Notes: generated by a model not told the origin, from the letters alone. A DNA stretch of 64,000 bases from Octopus vulgaris (GCA_951406725.2 OX597821.1:6200001-6264000); one strand, 5' to 3'. Positions 11,688-23,790 are shown, counted from the first letter of the stretch. Numbers and translations: made by a program.

Positions 11688-11990
11688 GTGGAGGCACATG
11701 GCCTAGTGGTTAGAGCAGTGGACTTGCGGTCGAGGGATCACGAGTTCGAATCTCAGACTGGATGATGTGTGTGTTTATGAGTGAAAACACCTAAGCTCCA
11801 CGTGGCTCTGGTAGAAGGTAATGAACTTCTGCTGACGCTTTCACCACAGCTTTCTCTCACTTTTTCCTCCTGCATCTTGCAACTCACCTGCAACAGACTG
11901 GCGTCCCGTCCAGGTGGGGAACCTATACTCCAAGGAAACTGGGAAACCGGCCCTATGAGCCAGGGATGGCTCAAGAAGGAACAAACAATA
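11688..11990 (+). mobile_element. tRNA-derived SINE family E
   Basis: Head GGAGGCACATGGCCTAGTGGTTAGAGCAG...GAGTTCGAATCTC with clear A/B boxes; related copies at ~56690-57005, 57010-57260, 57770-58017, 14690-14930 and 17690-18062 (all -). Confidence 0.8.
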
Positions 11991-12110
11991 CAAGAGTGAG
12001 CTGAAAAATAAAACTTGTAAACCTGGGGTCTTGTAAAGCAGTCCTCATAAAGTGAGGCATTACTGCACACTATCCTCCAACTCTCTTAATCTCTTTGCTA
12101 TTTTTTCCAG

Positions 12111-12179
12111 CTTGCCCATGAAGCCTTCTCAGTGGCACAGAGTCTTGATCCTAATTATGTCACCTGTTGGATTGGACAG
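12111..12179 (+). CDS. TTC37: TTC37 exon 7
   Basis: tccag|CTT...CAG|gtaagt; LAHEAFSVAQSLDPNYVTCWIGQ. Confidence 0.96.
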
Positions 12180-12762
12180 GTAAGTTACAGTTGTATAATT
12201 GTATGTTCAGGATGGATGTTTTTACATGTCTTTTTCTTTAGTATATCTCAGGCTACATGATACAATGTGTCCTTCCTTTTTCAAGATGGTAGTGTACTTT
12301 TAACATGACTTCCCAATGTGTCTCTTTTTAAAAATGGGTAAGTGTAATTTGTTGCAGATTTGGTTAGTATTTCTAGCTGGTCAAGTGATTATGTAGTGGT
12401 TCCTTCATTGGGTGCGATGTGTTATACACAAACACTCCTCGAAAGTCATCCGTTTGACTTTTCTCTCTGCTAGTTCTGTATGTGTGTGTGAAATAAAATA
12501 GTTGTTTTGTGAGTGTGTATAGAAGTGGTCCTCGCGATTTTCCCATTCAACTTCCATAATCTTCAAACTTTTGAAAGTTCAAGGAGTATGAAAATTGAAA
12601 GAAAGGAGTTTTAGAATTGTCTGTGATTGCAATATATGTGAATTAACGTGACAACAGACTGTTATGGAACAGCAGGTGCATTCATATCATCCCTTCTTGA
12701 TGTTACAACATTGTCAGGTACTAAAGGCTGTTGACCAGTTGGCACCACTGGACTCTTCCCTC

Positions 12763-13278
12763 CACCGTATGTAATGACACAAATTTTTATTTCCTTTTGT
12801 CTTTGGTCAATAGGTGTTACTTTCCTATTTGTTTCTTTTTAGAAATCAAAGGAAATGACCACTATTCCCTTCAAACTTTGCTTTTGTGACCTGGACATCG
12901 ATGTTTTGAAACTGACCTATTTTCCATTACATTTTAGACTGATTCATTGCTGAGTTGCTCAAGCAGAAATATCATTATAGCAAATATTTTGCTCAATACC
13001 ACAGATTGGCTTTTCAGTTGCTTGACTTTAAACCACTTGAGCATGTCCCTTAGTAGCTGACAATATGTGCATCTCTGATGATGAGCAAGAGTAGTGGGGG
13101 AGCTTCATAGTCATGTGTTGAGAGGGATTCTTTGGGGTTTGAATAAATGTAACAAAAGCAAAGTTTGAAGGAGATATTAGCTATTTTTCAGATTTTTATA
13201 GGGGCAAGCAAATAGGAAACACCAGTTGCTGCCCAAGGACAAAAATTGTCTTTTTACCTGTGTATTATTACACAGTGT
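12763..13278. mobile_element. Degenerate MITE with long imperfect inverted ends
   Basis: CCTTCAAACTTTGCTTTTGT pairs with ACAAAAGCAAAGTTTGAAGG and TTTCCTATTTG with CAAATAGGAAA. Confidence 0.6.
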
Positions 13279-13771
13279 AGGAAATAGAATTTATTACAAA
13301 TTGTCTCATATTATTGTTCTCCCAGAACTGATCAATGGAGGCCTTCTTGTCTCCACTCTGTTGAATTAAATTATTTCCATCTGTGAAACTCTAATAAATG
13401 TGGAACTGAAGCAACCTGTTGACAAACGCTTTTGTAAACTCCCACATGTGTTGAGTCCTATTTTCAATTGTTTGTGTACCTATCTCTGATTGTAATTGAT
13501 TGACTGATTCCTGGTTATAAAGACATTACTACCTGTATAAAGAAGAAGTAAAAATTCCGAGTTCAAATCCAATTTGGGACCATGTCTTTGACCAGGAATA
13601 AGACCCTTGATGGTAAATGGAGATTAAACTAATCAAAGCATTTGTCTATTGCAATTATATAGTTTTATTGGTGCAACATGTAGGATTTGGTTTGTCACAT
13701 TGTACACATGTGTATACTGAAATGTGGTGCTCCATCTTAGTCTTACATAAATCAGCACGGGAAAGGTTTAT

Positions 13772-13984
13772 GATATGTCGAGCTGGCAGAAATGCTTAGC
13801 GGTATTTCTTCTGTCTTTACGTTCTGAGTTCAAATTCCGCTGAAGTCGACTTTGCCTTTCATCCTTCCAGGGTCAATAAATTAAGTATCAGTTACACACT
13901 GGGGTCGATGTAATCAACTTGATTCCTTTGTCTGTCCTTGTTTGTCTTCTCTATGTTTAGCCCCTTGTGGGCAATAAAGAAATA
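13772..13984 (+). mobile_element. SINE family B, alternative tail
   Basis: Same head and core, tail TTTGTCTGTCCTTGTTTG...GCCCCTTGTGGGCAATAAAGAAAT; TSD GGAAAGGTTTAT at 13760 and 13985. Same variant at 31435-31666, 35350-35567 (-) and 39628-39858. Confidence 0.85.
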
Positions 13985-14584
13985 GGAAAGGTTTATAACG
14001 TGTCCAGTGGTTTACCCTTAATTCCCACTAAGATGTACTTCATAGAATGTGGACATGATGAAAAAATCTCACTCCTGGTATTTATACTGTCCCTGGAGGT
14101 GTCTTAAGTTTTTTAAAAGATACAGTTTTTCAAATGAGCAGTCATGGCATAGACACAGGTACAACTGTAGCTTTGCGATTAAGAAGTTGGCTTCCCAACT
14201 GTACTTAAATGTAGCTCCATTTTAGCTATGATACTATAAGCAAACTAAAGAACTAGTGAGTTTGTGTGGAACTATTTGTGTGTATGTGTGTGTATATATA
14301 TGTATGTATATGTGTCTGTACATTTGTGTATATTTTTGTGCATTCATGGATATGTGTACACTTGTTAATATGTGCATACATGTGTGATATGGGTATATAC
14401 CTGCATATAAGTTTGTACATTGTGTGTATGTGTGAATTTATATGTGCGCATATGTGTGTGTAATGATTATGTATGTATACTTTCATGTAGTTGTGATACA
14501 CTGTATATTTACATATGTGTATGTGCACTTCTGTGTATGTGGATGTGGATGTATTCAGCTGTTGTTTCCTTGGTTCTTTTGTAG

Positions 14585-14659
14585 GCGTTTATTGCTGATA
14601 CTGTTGGCCATGATGAAGCCATGGATTTGTTCCGTCACACCACCGAACTTGGTAATCAC
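14585..14659 (+). CDS. TTC37: TTC37 exon 8
   Basis: tgtag|GCG...CAC|gtaagt; AFIADTVGHDEAMDLFRHTTELGNH. Confidence 0.96.
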
Positions 14660-14948
14660 GTAAGTACTGTTCTCTCTTTCTTCAACTTGATTTCACCAAC
14701 GGAACATCCTGTCCGTGAAATTAACAGTGGCTGAGCACTCCACGGACACACGTTCCCTTGATGGGGAGATTCACCATGACGTAGTATGTGACAAGGGTAC
14801 CCATTTTTGCCAGCTGATTGGACTGGAGCAACATGAAACAAAGTGTCTTGCATAAGGACGCAGTGCACCGCTGCGTATCGAACCCATGATCTTATGATCG
14901 TGAGCTGAATACCTTAACCATTAAGCCACACACACTTTTTCTCCCTTT

Positions 14949-15154
14949 CTCTTTTCTCTTTTACTTGTTTCAGTCCTTTGACTGTGGCCATGCTAGAGCA
15001 CCACCTTTAGTCGAGCAAATCGACCCCAAGACTTATTCTTTGGAAGCCTAGTACTTATTCTATCAGTCTCTTTTGCTGAACCACTAAGTTACGGGGACAT
15101 AAACACACCATCATCGGTTGTCAAGCAATGTTGGAGGGACAAACACAGACACAC

Positions 15155-15191
<37 letters not shown>

Positions 15192-15236
15192 AGTAATTTA
15201 ATTTTTCCAAATTAATTAATTTCACCCTTCATTATT

Positions 15237-15285
<49 letters not shown>

Positions 15286-15450
15286 TATACACGACAGGCT
15301 TCTTTCAGTTTCTGTCTCCCAAATCCACTCACAAGGCATTGGTTAGCCTGAGGCTATAGTAGAAGACACTTGACCAAGGTGCCACGCAGTGGGACTGAAC
15401 CCGGAACCATGGGGTTAGTAAGCAAGCTACTTACCACACAGCCTGCACCT
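14949..15450 (-). mobile_element. SINE family A
   Basis: Full copy with expanded (TA)n tract. Confidence 0.88.
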
Positions 15451-15779
15451 TCACTTCCTTTAAGTGAGTGGTTTTCAACTGGGGTCCAAATGGCCCCTGA
15501 AGATCCATATAAGATTTTTTGGGGGCTCACATAACAAAACAGTAAAATGGGGATCCACAATTGTATTTTAAGGGCCCCAGAAAAAAAAATTTTGCTTTAG
15601 ATGTCTGTATTGGTATGTATTGCAAGAAACAGTTAGGTTTCATTCTCTAACATTTTACATAGTTTGAACTACACAAGAGAATGTTGAAAAACAAAATAGG
15701 TGTTTTGAAAGAAGTTTCAATAAAACTTATTCCTAAACACCAAATGGCAATGAGGTTCTACCAGAATAAAATAGTAATA

Positions 15780-16175
15780 GGCGCAGGAGTGGCTGTGTGG
15801 TAAGTAACTTGCTAACCAACCACATGGTTCCGGGTTCAGTCCCACTGCGTGGCATCTTGGGCAAGTGTCTTCTGCTATAGCCCCGGGCCGACCAATGCCT
15901 TGTGAGTCGATTTGGTAGATGGAAACTGAAAGAAGCCTGTCGTATATATGTATATATATGTGTGTGTGTTTGTGTGTCTGTGTTTGTCCCCCTGGCATTG
16001 CTTGACAACCGATGCTGGTGTGTTTACGTCCCCGTCACTTAGTGGTTCGGCAAAAGAGACTGATAGAATAAGTACTGGGCTTACAAAGAATAAGTCCCAT
16101 GGTCGATTTGCTCGACTAAAGGCGGTGCTCCAGCATGGCCGCAGTCAAATGACTGAAATAAGTAAAAGAGTAAAA
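15780..16175 (+). mobile_element. SINE family A, inserted in an hAT-like MITE
   Basis: Full CpG-rich copy; interrupts the MITE at 15466-16210. Confidence 0.9.
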
Positions 16176-16305
16176 GGGGTCCATAGATAAAAGATGGTCG
16201 AGAACCCTTGTTTTAAGTAATGTGAAAAAAGACTAATAAATCATTATTTTTCGCAAATTGATAATTTCAGTATAAAAAAGTATATTTTGTTGTCTTTAAA
16301 TGTAG

Positions 16306-16447
16306 GTGGAATCTCTTATTGGATACGGCCACTGGGTCTGCTCCATGTTACTGGATGAGACCAAGCATGACACTTCACTCTACCGCTATAACATTGAACG
16401 TATGTCTGTTGTACCTGCTGCCTGTGATGCTCTTTCAAAATACACAG
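16306..16447 (+). CDS. TTC37: TTC37 exon 9
   Basis: tgtag|GTG...G|gtatgt; VESLIGYGHWVCSMLLDETKHDTSLYRYNIERMSVVPAACDALSKYT. Confidence 0.95.
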
Positions 16448-16749
16448 GTATGTATATGTGTATATGTCTAGGAGGCAGGTGTATGTGTGTGTGTGTGTGT
16501 GTGTGAATGCATGTTTTTTTTTCGTCGAACTGTCCAACCCATGCTAGCACGGAAAACGGACGTTAAATGATGATGATGATAATGATGTGAATGATTGTTT
16601 TTACAACTAGACAAGGTTGCGTGAGTATGTAAAAAGCTGTGCGTGTGTGTGTGTGTGTCTAAATGAACATATGTATATTTCTATGTGCATGTGAGTGCGT
16701 GTTTTTGTTTCATGTGTGAATAAATGTTTGAGATCCATTGAGTCAAGTA

Positions 16750-17115
16750 CACCAACATCAAAAATCAATGGAAACTGTAGTTGTGATCCCTGTGCCGGTG
16801 GCACGTAAAAAGCACCATCCGAACGTGGCCGATGCCAGCACCGCCTCGACTGGCTTCCGTGCCAGTGGCATGTAAAAAGCACCAATCTGATCATATCCGT
16901 TGCCAGGCTCCCCTGGCACCTGTGCCGGTGGCATGTATAAAGCACCCACTACACTCTCGGAGTGGTTGGCGTTAGGAAGGGCATCCAGCCGTAGAAACAT
17001 TGCCAGACCAGACTGGAGCCTGGTGCAGCCTCTTCGCTTCCCAGACCCCAGTTGAACCGTCCAACCCATGCTAGCATGGAGAACGGACGTTAAATGATGA
17101 TGATGATGATGATGA
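16750..17115 (+). mobile_element. Retroposon family C with (GAT)n tail (LINE-like 3' end)
   Basis: Repeated GTGCCGGTGGCACGTAAAAAGCACC units, then GGCGTTAGGAAGGGCATCCAGC...GGACGTTAAATGATGATGATG; other copies ~820-950 (-), 3880-4062, 4966-5300 (-), 24487-24640 (-), 24770-25075, 32760-32990 (-), 38395-38635, 40390-40525, 45110-45345, 49910-50080. Confidence 0.82.
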
Positions 17116-18386
17116 AAGTTGTGCGTGTTTAAATGAACATATGTCTATTTGTGTGTGTGTTTAAGTGACTGTTTGTGGAACTAAATGTGTGCATGTTTGT
17201 GTATTTTAGTCTATGTGCTTATGTTTGTGTATCAATGTATGTGAGCATGTCTGCTTATATATGAGAGTGTGTGTATGTGAATGTGTGTGCTTTTGTTTCA
17301 TGAGTGAATAAATGTGTATACAACTTGACTGGGTTGTGTGAGTATGTAAAAAAGCTGTGTGTGTGCATATGTGCGTGTGTGCGCAACTAAACGTGTTTTT
17401 GTATATTTATATATGTGAACGTATGTGGATTTATCTAAATGTATGTCCACATGTATGCGTGTATGTATGTGTATGTATAAAAGTCTGTGTGTGTGTCTGT
17501 GTGTATCTGTATATTGATAGAGATGAATGTGCATGTTTATGTATGTGTGTCTTAATTCTCACTAAGATGTGTGCATACACACACACACACTGTTTTGGAC
17601 GGCCTGAGGCTGTTGTAGAAAGCCCTTGCCTACATTTCCTGTTCAGATTAGCTAAGTAGGTTTTTAACCCTTTGGCATTCTGTCAAATATCTCTTGACTC
17701 TTTCGGTCACGAATGACCATGGGTGCACCTAAGAAGTTCCTCTCCGGTGTACAAGTCTGGGTGGAAAGTCACCTCACCAGCAAATGCACAACCTAGGGTT
17801 GTTCTTATGGAAGACCAGCAGTTGCCCATGCATACCAGCCTCCCCTCTCCATGCCACCAATTTTATCTAAGGGAAAGGCAAAGGCTGATACAGCTTGGCA
17901 CTAGTGATGTCACAACTCATTTCTGCAGTTCTGAGTGAACTGGAACAATGTAAAATAAAGTGTCTTGCTCAAGAACACAACATGCAGCCCGGTCTGGGAA
18001 TCAAACTTACAACTTCACAATTGTAAGCTTGACGCTCTAACCACTGAGCCATGCACCTTCACATTTTGTCAAATATAATACTTATTTATTCACATTGTTT
18101 TGAATTAATCAAGCGTTATCTTGTGTCTCTGAGATTTTGATGAAGTAACCATTAAATTTTTAGAATGACATTGTATGGTAGGTGTGAGAGGTCACATATG
18201 GCCAGTTTAAACACAAACCAGGTAGACTATTTTGGTGGAATATAGCTGGTTTAAATGTTAAAGGGTTAAAAAAAATTAAAAACAACAGCTTTTTTGTATT
18301 CTTTGCTATGAAGACATTGCACATGAAACACATCAGTTGTTCAAGCTAATATTGTTCAGTCTGTATAAAGTAGGAATCCGTCTGCC

Positions 18387-18614
18387 TTAACCCTTTCGTT
18401 ACTGTATTTATTTTGAGATGCTCTGTGTTTCTTTCAATTACTTTAAATATAACAAAGAATTTAGTAAAATAACTTAGTTACCATTCGGCTAGTGTTAGGA
18501 ACATAAATTGTGACTAAGGTTCGGTGGAAGATTTTAATTCAAAACTTATGAAAACAAGACATTTGTATTCAGAGCCAGAGCTGGTTTCAGCCGGGTTGGT
18601 TACAAAAGGGTTAA
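18387..18614. mobile_element. piggyBac-like MITE
   Basis: TTAA-CCCTTT ... AAAGGG-TTAA termini. Confidence 0.72.
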
Positions 18615-18673
18615 CACCCCTACCGGAACTTGGCATTTAAGGATATTTCTTTCAGTTCTCATCTCTATTTCAG

Positions 18674-18767
18674 AACGTATCCAAGACTGTGCTGTTGCCT
18701 TCAACATGTACGGTCTTTTACTGGAACGGCATGGTTTACATTCTATGGCAGAAAAGGCATTTTCTAG
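18674..18767 (+). CDS. TTC37: TTC37 exon 10
   Basis: ttcag|AA...AG|gtaatt; RIQDCAVAFNMYGLLLERHGLHSMAEKAFS. Confidence 0.94.
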
Positions 18768-18814
18768 GTAATTCCTTTTCCATTCTATTCCATTTGGCAC
18801 TTTCTTGTTACTTA

Positions 18815-19220
18815 TGTTGTTGTTGTATAAACCCCTGCTAACCTTGGGTCAAGCAGGCCTGTGATCAAAGGTGTTCCACCCTGCTGTGACCACCCTGTCA
18901 TATTTAGACATAGTATATCTAAGACTACATTATCTAATGTGTTGTTTAACCTCAGATCAGTCCTTCATCAAGCAGATCTATGATCAAAAATGTTCCAACT
19001 GTGACCACCCTGTCTGATTTAGACATAGTGTATCTAAGACTACATTGTCCAATGTGTTCCCTCTTTGTTGTCGTTTAGCCCCAGGTCAGCTATTGATGAA
19101 GCAAACCTATGATCAAAGGTATTCCAGTTACAGCCATCCTGTCTTATTTAGACATAGTATATCTAAGACTCCATTATCTAATGTGTCTTCCATTGTCATT
19201 ATTTAGCTCCAGGTCAGCAC
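18815..19220 (+). repeat. Tandem array (~3.3 units of ~120 bp) of dispersed repeat family F
   Basis: TGATCAAA..TTCCA..CCTGTC..TTTAGACATAGT-TATCTAAGACT-CATT-TC-AATGTGT three times; dispersed relatives at ~490-590, 12240-12400, 36745-36920, 59160-59450, 61270-61410, 62555-62730. Confidence 0.8.
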
Positions 19221-19520
19221 TTATATCTGTTTTCTTTGCTTCATATCTGTTTTCCATATTTATATCTGTTCTTTAGGCTGTCCATAAATTACCTTTACAC
19301 AATTTGAAAAATTCAGGAATAATGAAAAATAACAATAACCCAGCAGAGTTTACTGGAAAACATAGGCAAATAAATAAAGTTTTATTGGAAACATCAGAAC
19401 ACTTCCACGTGTGCTTCATATTGATTTTGCAAAGAAGTTGATGGATGGATCTCAGTTTTGATAGATGCAATAAATTGTGGAAGTTGCAAAGATAATTTAT
19501 GAATGCTCTGCATATATGTA

Positions 19521-19738
19521 TGAGGGCGTGCTGAAAAGTTCCTGGCTTTGGGTAAAAGAAAATATAAGAGGATTGGTTAATTATGAATTTATTCAATTTA
19601 TTCCCTTCTCAGATTCACACTTATTGTGGTGGCCCTTCAGTTTTTCTAAGCCCTGTAAAAGAACTTGGGAGGTTGGGCCTTCAACAAGGCCTTTTGTGAT
19701 ACCCTTAAAGCCAGGAACTTTACAGAACCCCATCATGC
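19521..19738. mobile_element. mariner-derived MITE
   Basis: TIR GAGGG-GTGCTGAAAAGTTCCTGGCTTT; interior encodes a mariner-like C-terminus on - strand (LQGLEKLK..KC); inverted copy at ~23903-24120. Confidence 0.78.
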
Positions 19739-19761
19739 ATATGTATGTATGTTTGCATGCA

Positions 19762-20017
19762 TACAGGTTGTTCATAAATTACCATTACAATTTGAAAAAT
19801 TCAGTAAAAAATGAAATATAATGGATAACTCAGCAGAGTTTATTAGAGAACATTGGCAAACAAATAAGATTTTATTAGAAACATCAGAATACTTCTATGT
19901 GGGCTCCAGATGTTATGAACAGCCTGTATCTTTTATATCGTGAAAGTTGTTAAGATAATTTATGCCTGTATATTTGATACTGCAAAAGTTGTAAAGGTAA
20001 TTTATGAACAACCTGTA
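19762..20017. mobile_element. Tc1/mariner-type MITE
   Basis: TIR TACAGGTTGTTCATAAATTACC(A/T)TTACAA / TTGTAAAGGTAATTTATGAACAACCTGTA; older copy at ~19276-19513. Confidence 0.78.
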
Positions 20018-20042
20018 TATTTGATATCTGTTCCCTATCCAG

Positions 20043-20126
20043 GGCTATTGATTTGCTGGAGAAAGAAAAAAATGAAAATTCCGAGTTCAAGTTAAAGGTC
20101 CGGTGTAATCTCGCTCGAATACTTGG
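20043..20126 (+). CDS. TTC37: TTC37 exon 11
   Basis: tccag|G...GG|gtgagt; AIDLLEKEKNENSEFKLKVRCNLARIL. Confidence 0.92.
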
Positions 20127-21159
20127 GTGAGTAATTGTAATCATTTCTAATTTCTTTGGCACAAGTTTTGTAGTTTCGAGAGGAAGGAGTTACCATATTT
20201 TAACATGTGTATTAAGAACCCCTTAATTTTGGGGGCTTAAAATTTCCTAAAACAGTTTTATAAGGGATTTAATACTATCCATGTATAAGAAACTCCCATA
20301 TTTTTTAACCTAATTTTTGACAAAAACGGGTTCCGACTCTTTATTTTATCAACCCTGGAAGGAGAAAAAAGCCAAGTTGACCTCTGTGAGATTTGAACCA
20401 AGAATGTGAAGAGCCATAACAGATATTGCTGGGCATTTCGTTGATGCTCTGGTGATTCTGTCAGTCCTCCACATTGAGGTGAATGATAATGATGATGATA
20501 ATAATAATAATAATAATAATAATAGTAGTAGTAGTAGTAGCAATGATGATTTCAAATTTTGGTACATGGCTAGCAATTCCAGCGCAAGGATTAAGTTCAA
20601 TTACATAGACCCCAGTGGCTCAATTGGCACTTATTTCATCAACCCTGAGAGGATGAAAGGTAAAGTTGACCTCAGCAGAATTTGAACTCAGAACATGAAA
20701 CTGGAAGACATGCTGTTAAGCATTTTGTCTGGCAAGCCAATGGCTCTACCAAATCATCAACAATAACAACAATATAATTCATATAATTCTTTCATTGTTC
20801 TGTTTTGTTCAACTCAAATTGTTTTAAATGCATCATGTCACAGACCACCACAAATTGCATTTATGTTCTAAATGTAAAGAAACTTTGCTTTCTCACCTGT
20901 AAGATTAAAGTGTCTAATTTGGATGGACGAAAGTTAAAATAACTAATTTAGGGTAATGGAATCTCACCTGTCTGGATGACAGCAGATGGGTGGTTTGAGG
21001 GTTTGAGTCTGCAGACAGCTTTCCACCTTTTATCCATTCAAGGGATTTTTTAACCTTCTGTATTATGAGATGATATCCATTGCTGCATTAGCATTCAAAA
21101 TACACCATTTATAGGTAATTTATTAAAGTCTTTCACTTTGGGCTTTTTTTTTCTTTTTG

Positions 21160-22065
21160 GGTGGGATTCTGGTTTAAGCACTTCATATAACTTCTTGTAA
21201 CTTTTTTGGAATTTTCAGAAAAGTTTTGTAAATTCATGTTGTATGCATAGGATTATGATAAAAAAATTTTTTAAAATCTTTTAATGCTTTTCCCCACCTT
21301 ATAGATCCTAAAATTTCCACTCTGTTTTGAATTTTTTTTATAAATCAAAGTTTAAAATACAGGCAGTCCCTGCTCAAATCCCAGCAATGGACCAGCCTTG
21401 GGTGCACCTTCATTCCATTAAATGTGTTTATGGGGATTAAAAAACATTAATACATGTCTGAGATGTACATGAAGAATGTTTGAAGGATCTTGAGAATAGG
21501 AATTTCGCTAGCGGTCCCCAGCCCTGTTGGGAGAACATCTTGTTTGCCGTAGATTTTCCACAGACGCAGGGACAGGACGGGTTGAAGCCGCCGGTTGCTG
21601 GATCAGACGCTTCTGTTCACCAGAGCCCCGTTAGCCGGGTGTAGCCCTGATACCGCTGGGTGTCAGAACAATCCGCCTTGGGTGGCCCTACCAGAAAACG
21701 AAGTCTCTGACGGCATAGCTCTGACACTCCCAATTCACCCCCTTACCACGATGAGGAGGGGTTGGACTTTAGGGGGGACATGATGAATGAAGCCAGCTCA
21801 ACTCACCCCAGGTGAATGCTGTCTCAAGACAAGAAGAAGACAAGAATACATGTCTAAGTTATAAAGGAAGGTATCAAATGGTTGTGGGGTGTGCTAAAAA
21901 TAACACCAAAATCACCTTGAAATCACAGACTAAAAAAATTTTTTTTCTGCATAATCATATGAATTCTCATGTGTAGAACACTAATTCACAAACATTTTCT
22001 GAATATTGCCAAAAATTAAAAAAAGTTACAAAAAGTTAAATGGGGGTGTTAAACCAGAATTCCAT
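21160..22065. mobile_element. DNA transposon relic with inverted ends, interrupted by a 385 bp insertion
   Basis: ATTCTGGTTTAA...TAACTTCTTGTAACTTTTT mirrors AAAAAGTTACAAAAAGTTA...TTAAACCAGAAT. Confidence 0.6.
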
Positions 22066-22144
22066 CATTTTTCATTTAATGATGATGTTTATGATGAGTT
22101 TTTCTATTTTTATTTCTTTTATTTATTTCTATCCTTCTGATCAG

Positions 22145-22272
22145 CACTCTGGGTGATTTTAAAGGTGCTCTAGACCTGTACAAAATTATTGGAAGCGATT
22201 TGGATTTCGGTGGTACTTGTGGACTTGCTTTGACATTGTTTAAGGCAGGACAGTTTTATGAGAGCTATCAAG
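22145..22272 (+). CDS. TTC37: TTC37 exon 12
   Basis: atcag|C...G|gtaaat; TLGDFKGALDLYKIIGSDLDFGGTCGLALTLFKAGQFYESYQ. Confidence 0.93.
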
Positions 22273-22844
22273 GTAAATATTACATTAAAATGATTCCTAA
22301 AACATACTTTGTTTGAAAAGTCAACCTTTATTTATTGAGTCTACAGTGTGTGTGTGTGTGTGTGTGTGTTGTAGTAGTAGTATGAAGAATGCACTGTAAC
22401 AGTGCGTCATTGCATCCACCAATTGTTGGTGATTCCCTTCTATTCCTGGAAGATGACACTTTTGCCCCACTCTGGTGACAATCCTTCAACTCAAGAGTCT
22501 GTTTGGGTAGTGATTACTAGTGCGAGTTTACGTTTTTCACAGGTTCAATGTCTTTGCTTTCACTTTCCCTCTGTATACATATTATATGTGTACACACACA
22601 CACACACACACTCTCTCTCATGTTTTCTCATTTTATTGAAAATAAAACTGAGAGAGTTTGTCTCTTGGCTCAGGTTTAATGCTACTGCAATCTTCAAGCG
22701 AGTACTGTTTTTGTTTGAAGAATACAGTGGCGTGAAACTCAAGTTGAGAGTTTCAGTTAAAAAAAGAACCTTCCCCTGCTATCCTCTACAACATGTATTG
22801 AGCACTCCTGTCTTTTGTCTAACATAAATATGTGTGTGTGTGCA

Positions 22845-23045
22845 TCTGTATCTATCCATCCATCCATCCATCCATCTCTCTCTATCTATCTATCTATCCA
22901 TCCATCCATCCATCCACCCCTCCCCCTCCTTCTCTCTCTCTATCTATCTATCTATCCATCCATCATCCATCCCCCTCTCTCTCTCTCTCTCTCTCTCTCC
23001 ATCCATCTATCTCTCCATCCATCAATCCATCCATTCATCCATCCA
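22845..23045. repeat. (CATC)n/(TATC)n/(CT)n compound microsatellite
   Basis: Directly visible. Confidence 0.95.
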
Positions 23046-23672
23046 AATTGAGGGAGTGGAGCAGGTAAAATTCAGACTACATATGTTTCCTAGCTTGCAG
23101 ATGGTCTCATGCAATAATTACTCAACAAGGGTTACTCTGCTAGCTACACATCAGTCCAAAGATACCTTAATTATATGAAAGCTACATTGTCATTCAGGCA
23201 TCCCTGTTTTTATGTTCATTTATAATAAAAACAATTTTGCATTAATCTCATGGGTTACTCTATATTTTTGCATAGAACAAGTCTATTATTCTTGAATGTT
23301 GTTGGCAGTGACTTCGTAGTTTTGGACAGCTAAGCCATCATCAGACTGGGCAAAACTTCAAAGTCACTATCAACAACATTCTTGTATAAGAACAATAAAT
23401 ATCTATCTATATAGGTATATATGTATATATATATGTATATATATATATATATATATTTGAAATTATAGAAAACAAAAGACAAAGACTGGTGTATGAACAA
23501 CAAGCAAGTGTATTAGTTTGATGCTTGGGAAAAATGAAAAAGTCTTTCATGTTTCAAGCCTGTGCTCTTCATCAGAAAAGAATCAGAGAAAATAAGCAGA
23601 GAGAGAATGTAAAAAACTTGTAGATTTCATTGGTCCAGCATGGCGAATATATATATATCTTTCTCTCTTCAG

Positions 23673-23790
23673 AGTATGGTAAAGCCCTGCAGATGACCGA
23701 AGAGTTTGATTCCCAAGTGATGACTGCTCAAGCAATTGCCTTATTAAACATGGGTAAAATTAACGAAGCTGTCAAACTACTAATGACAGG
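23673..23790 (+). CDS. TTC37: TTC37 exon 13
   Basis: ttcag|AG...GG|gtgtgt; YGKALQMTEEFDSQVMTAQAIALLNMGKINEAVKLLMT. Confidence 0.9.

Noticed and set aside
11688-11760. tRNA-like sequence with A and B boxes
   Set aside because: No proper acceptor stem; it continues into a SINE body with related copies elsewhere, so it is a SINE head rather than a tRNA gene.
16790-16950. Spaced GTGCC-GTGGCA-GTAAAAAGCACC repeats that look CRISPR-like
   Set aside because: Internal subrepeats of a eukaryotic retroposon present at several loci; degenerate, and no cas genes.
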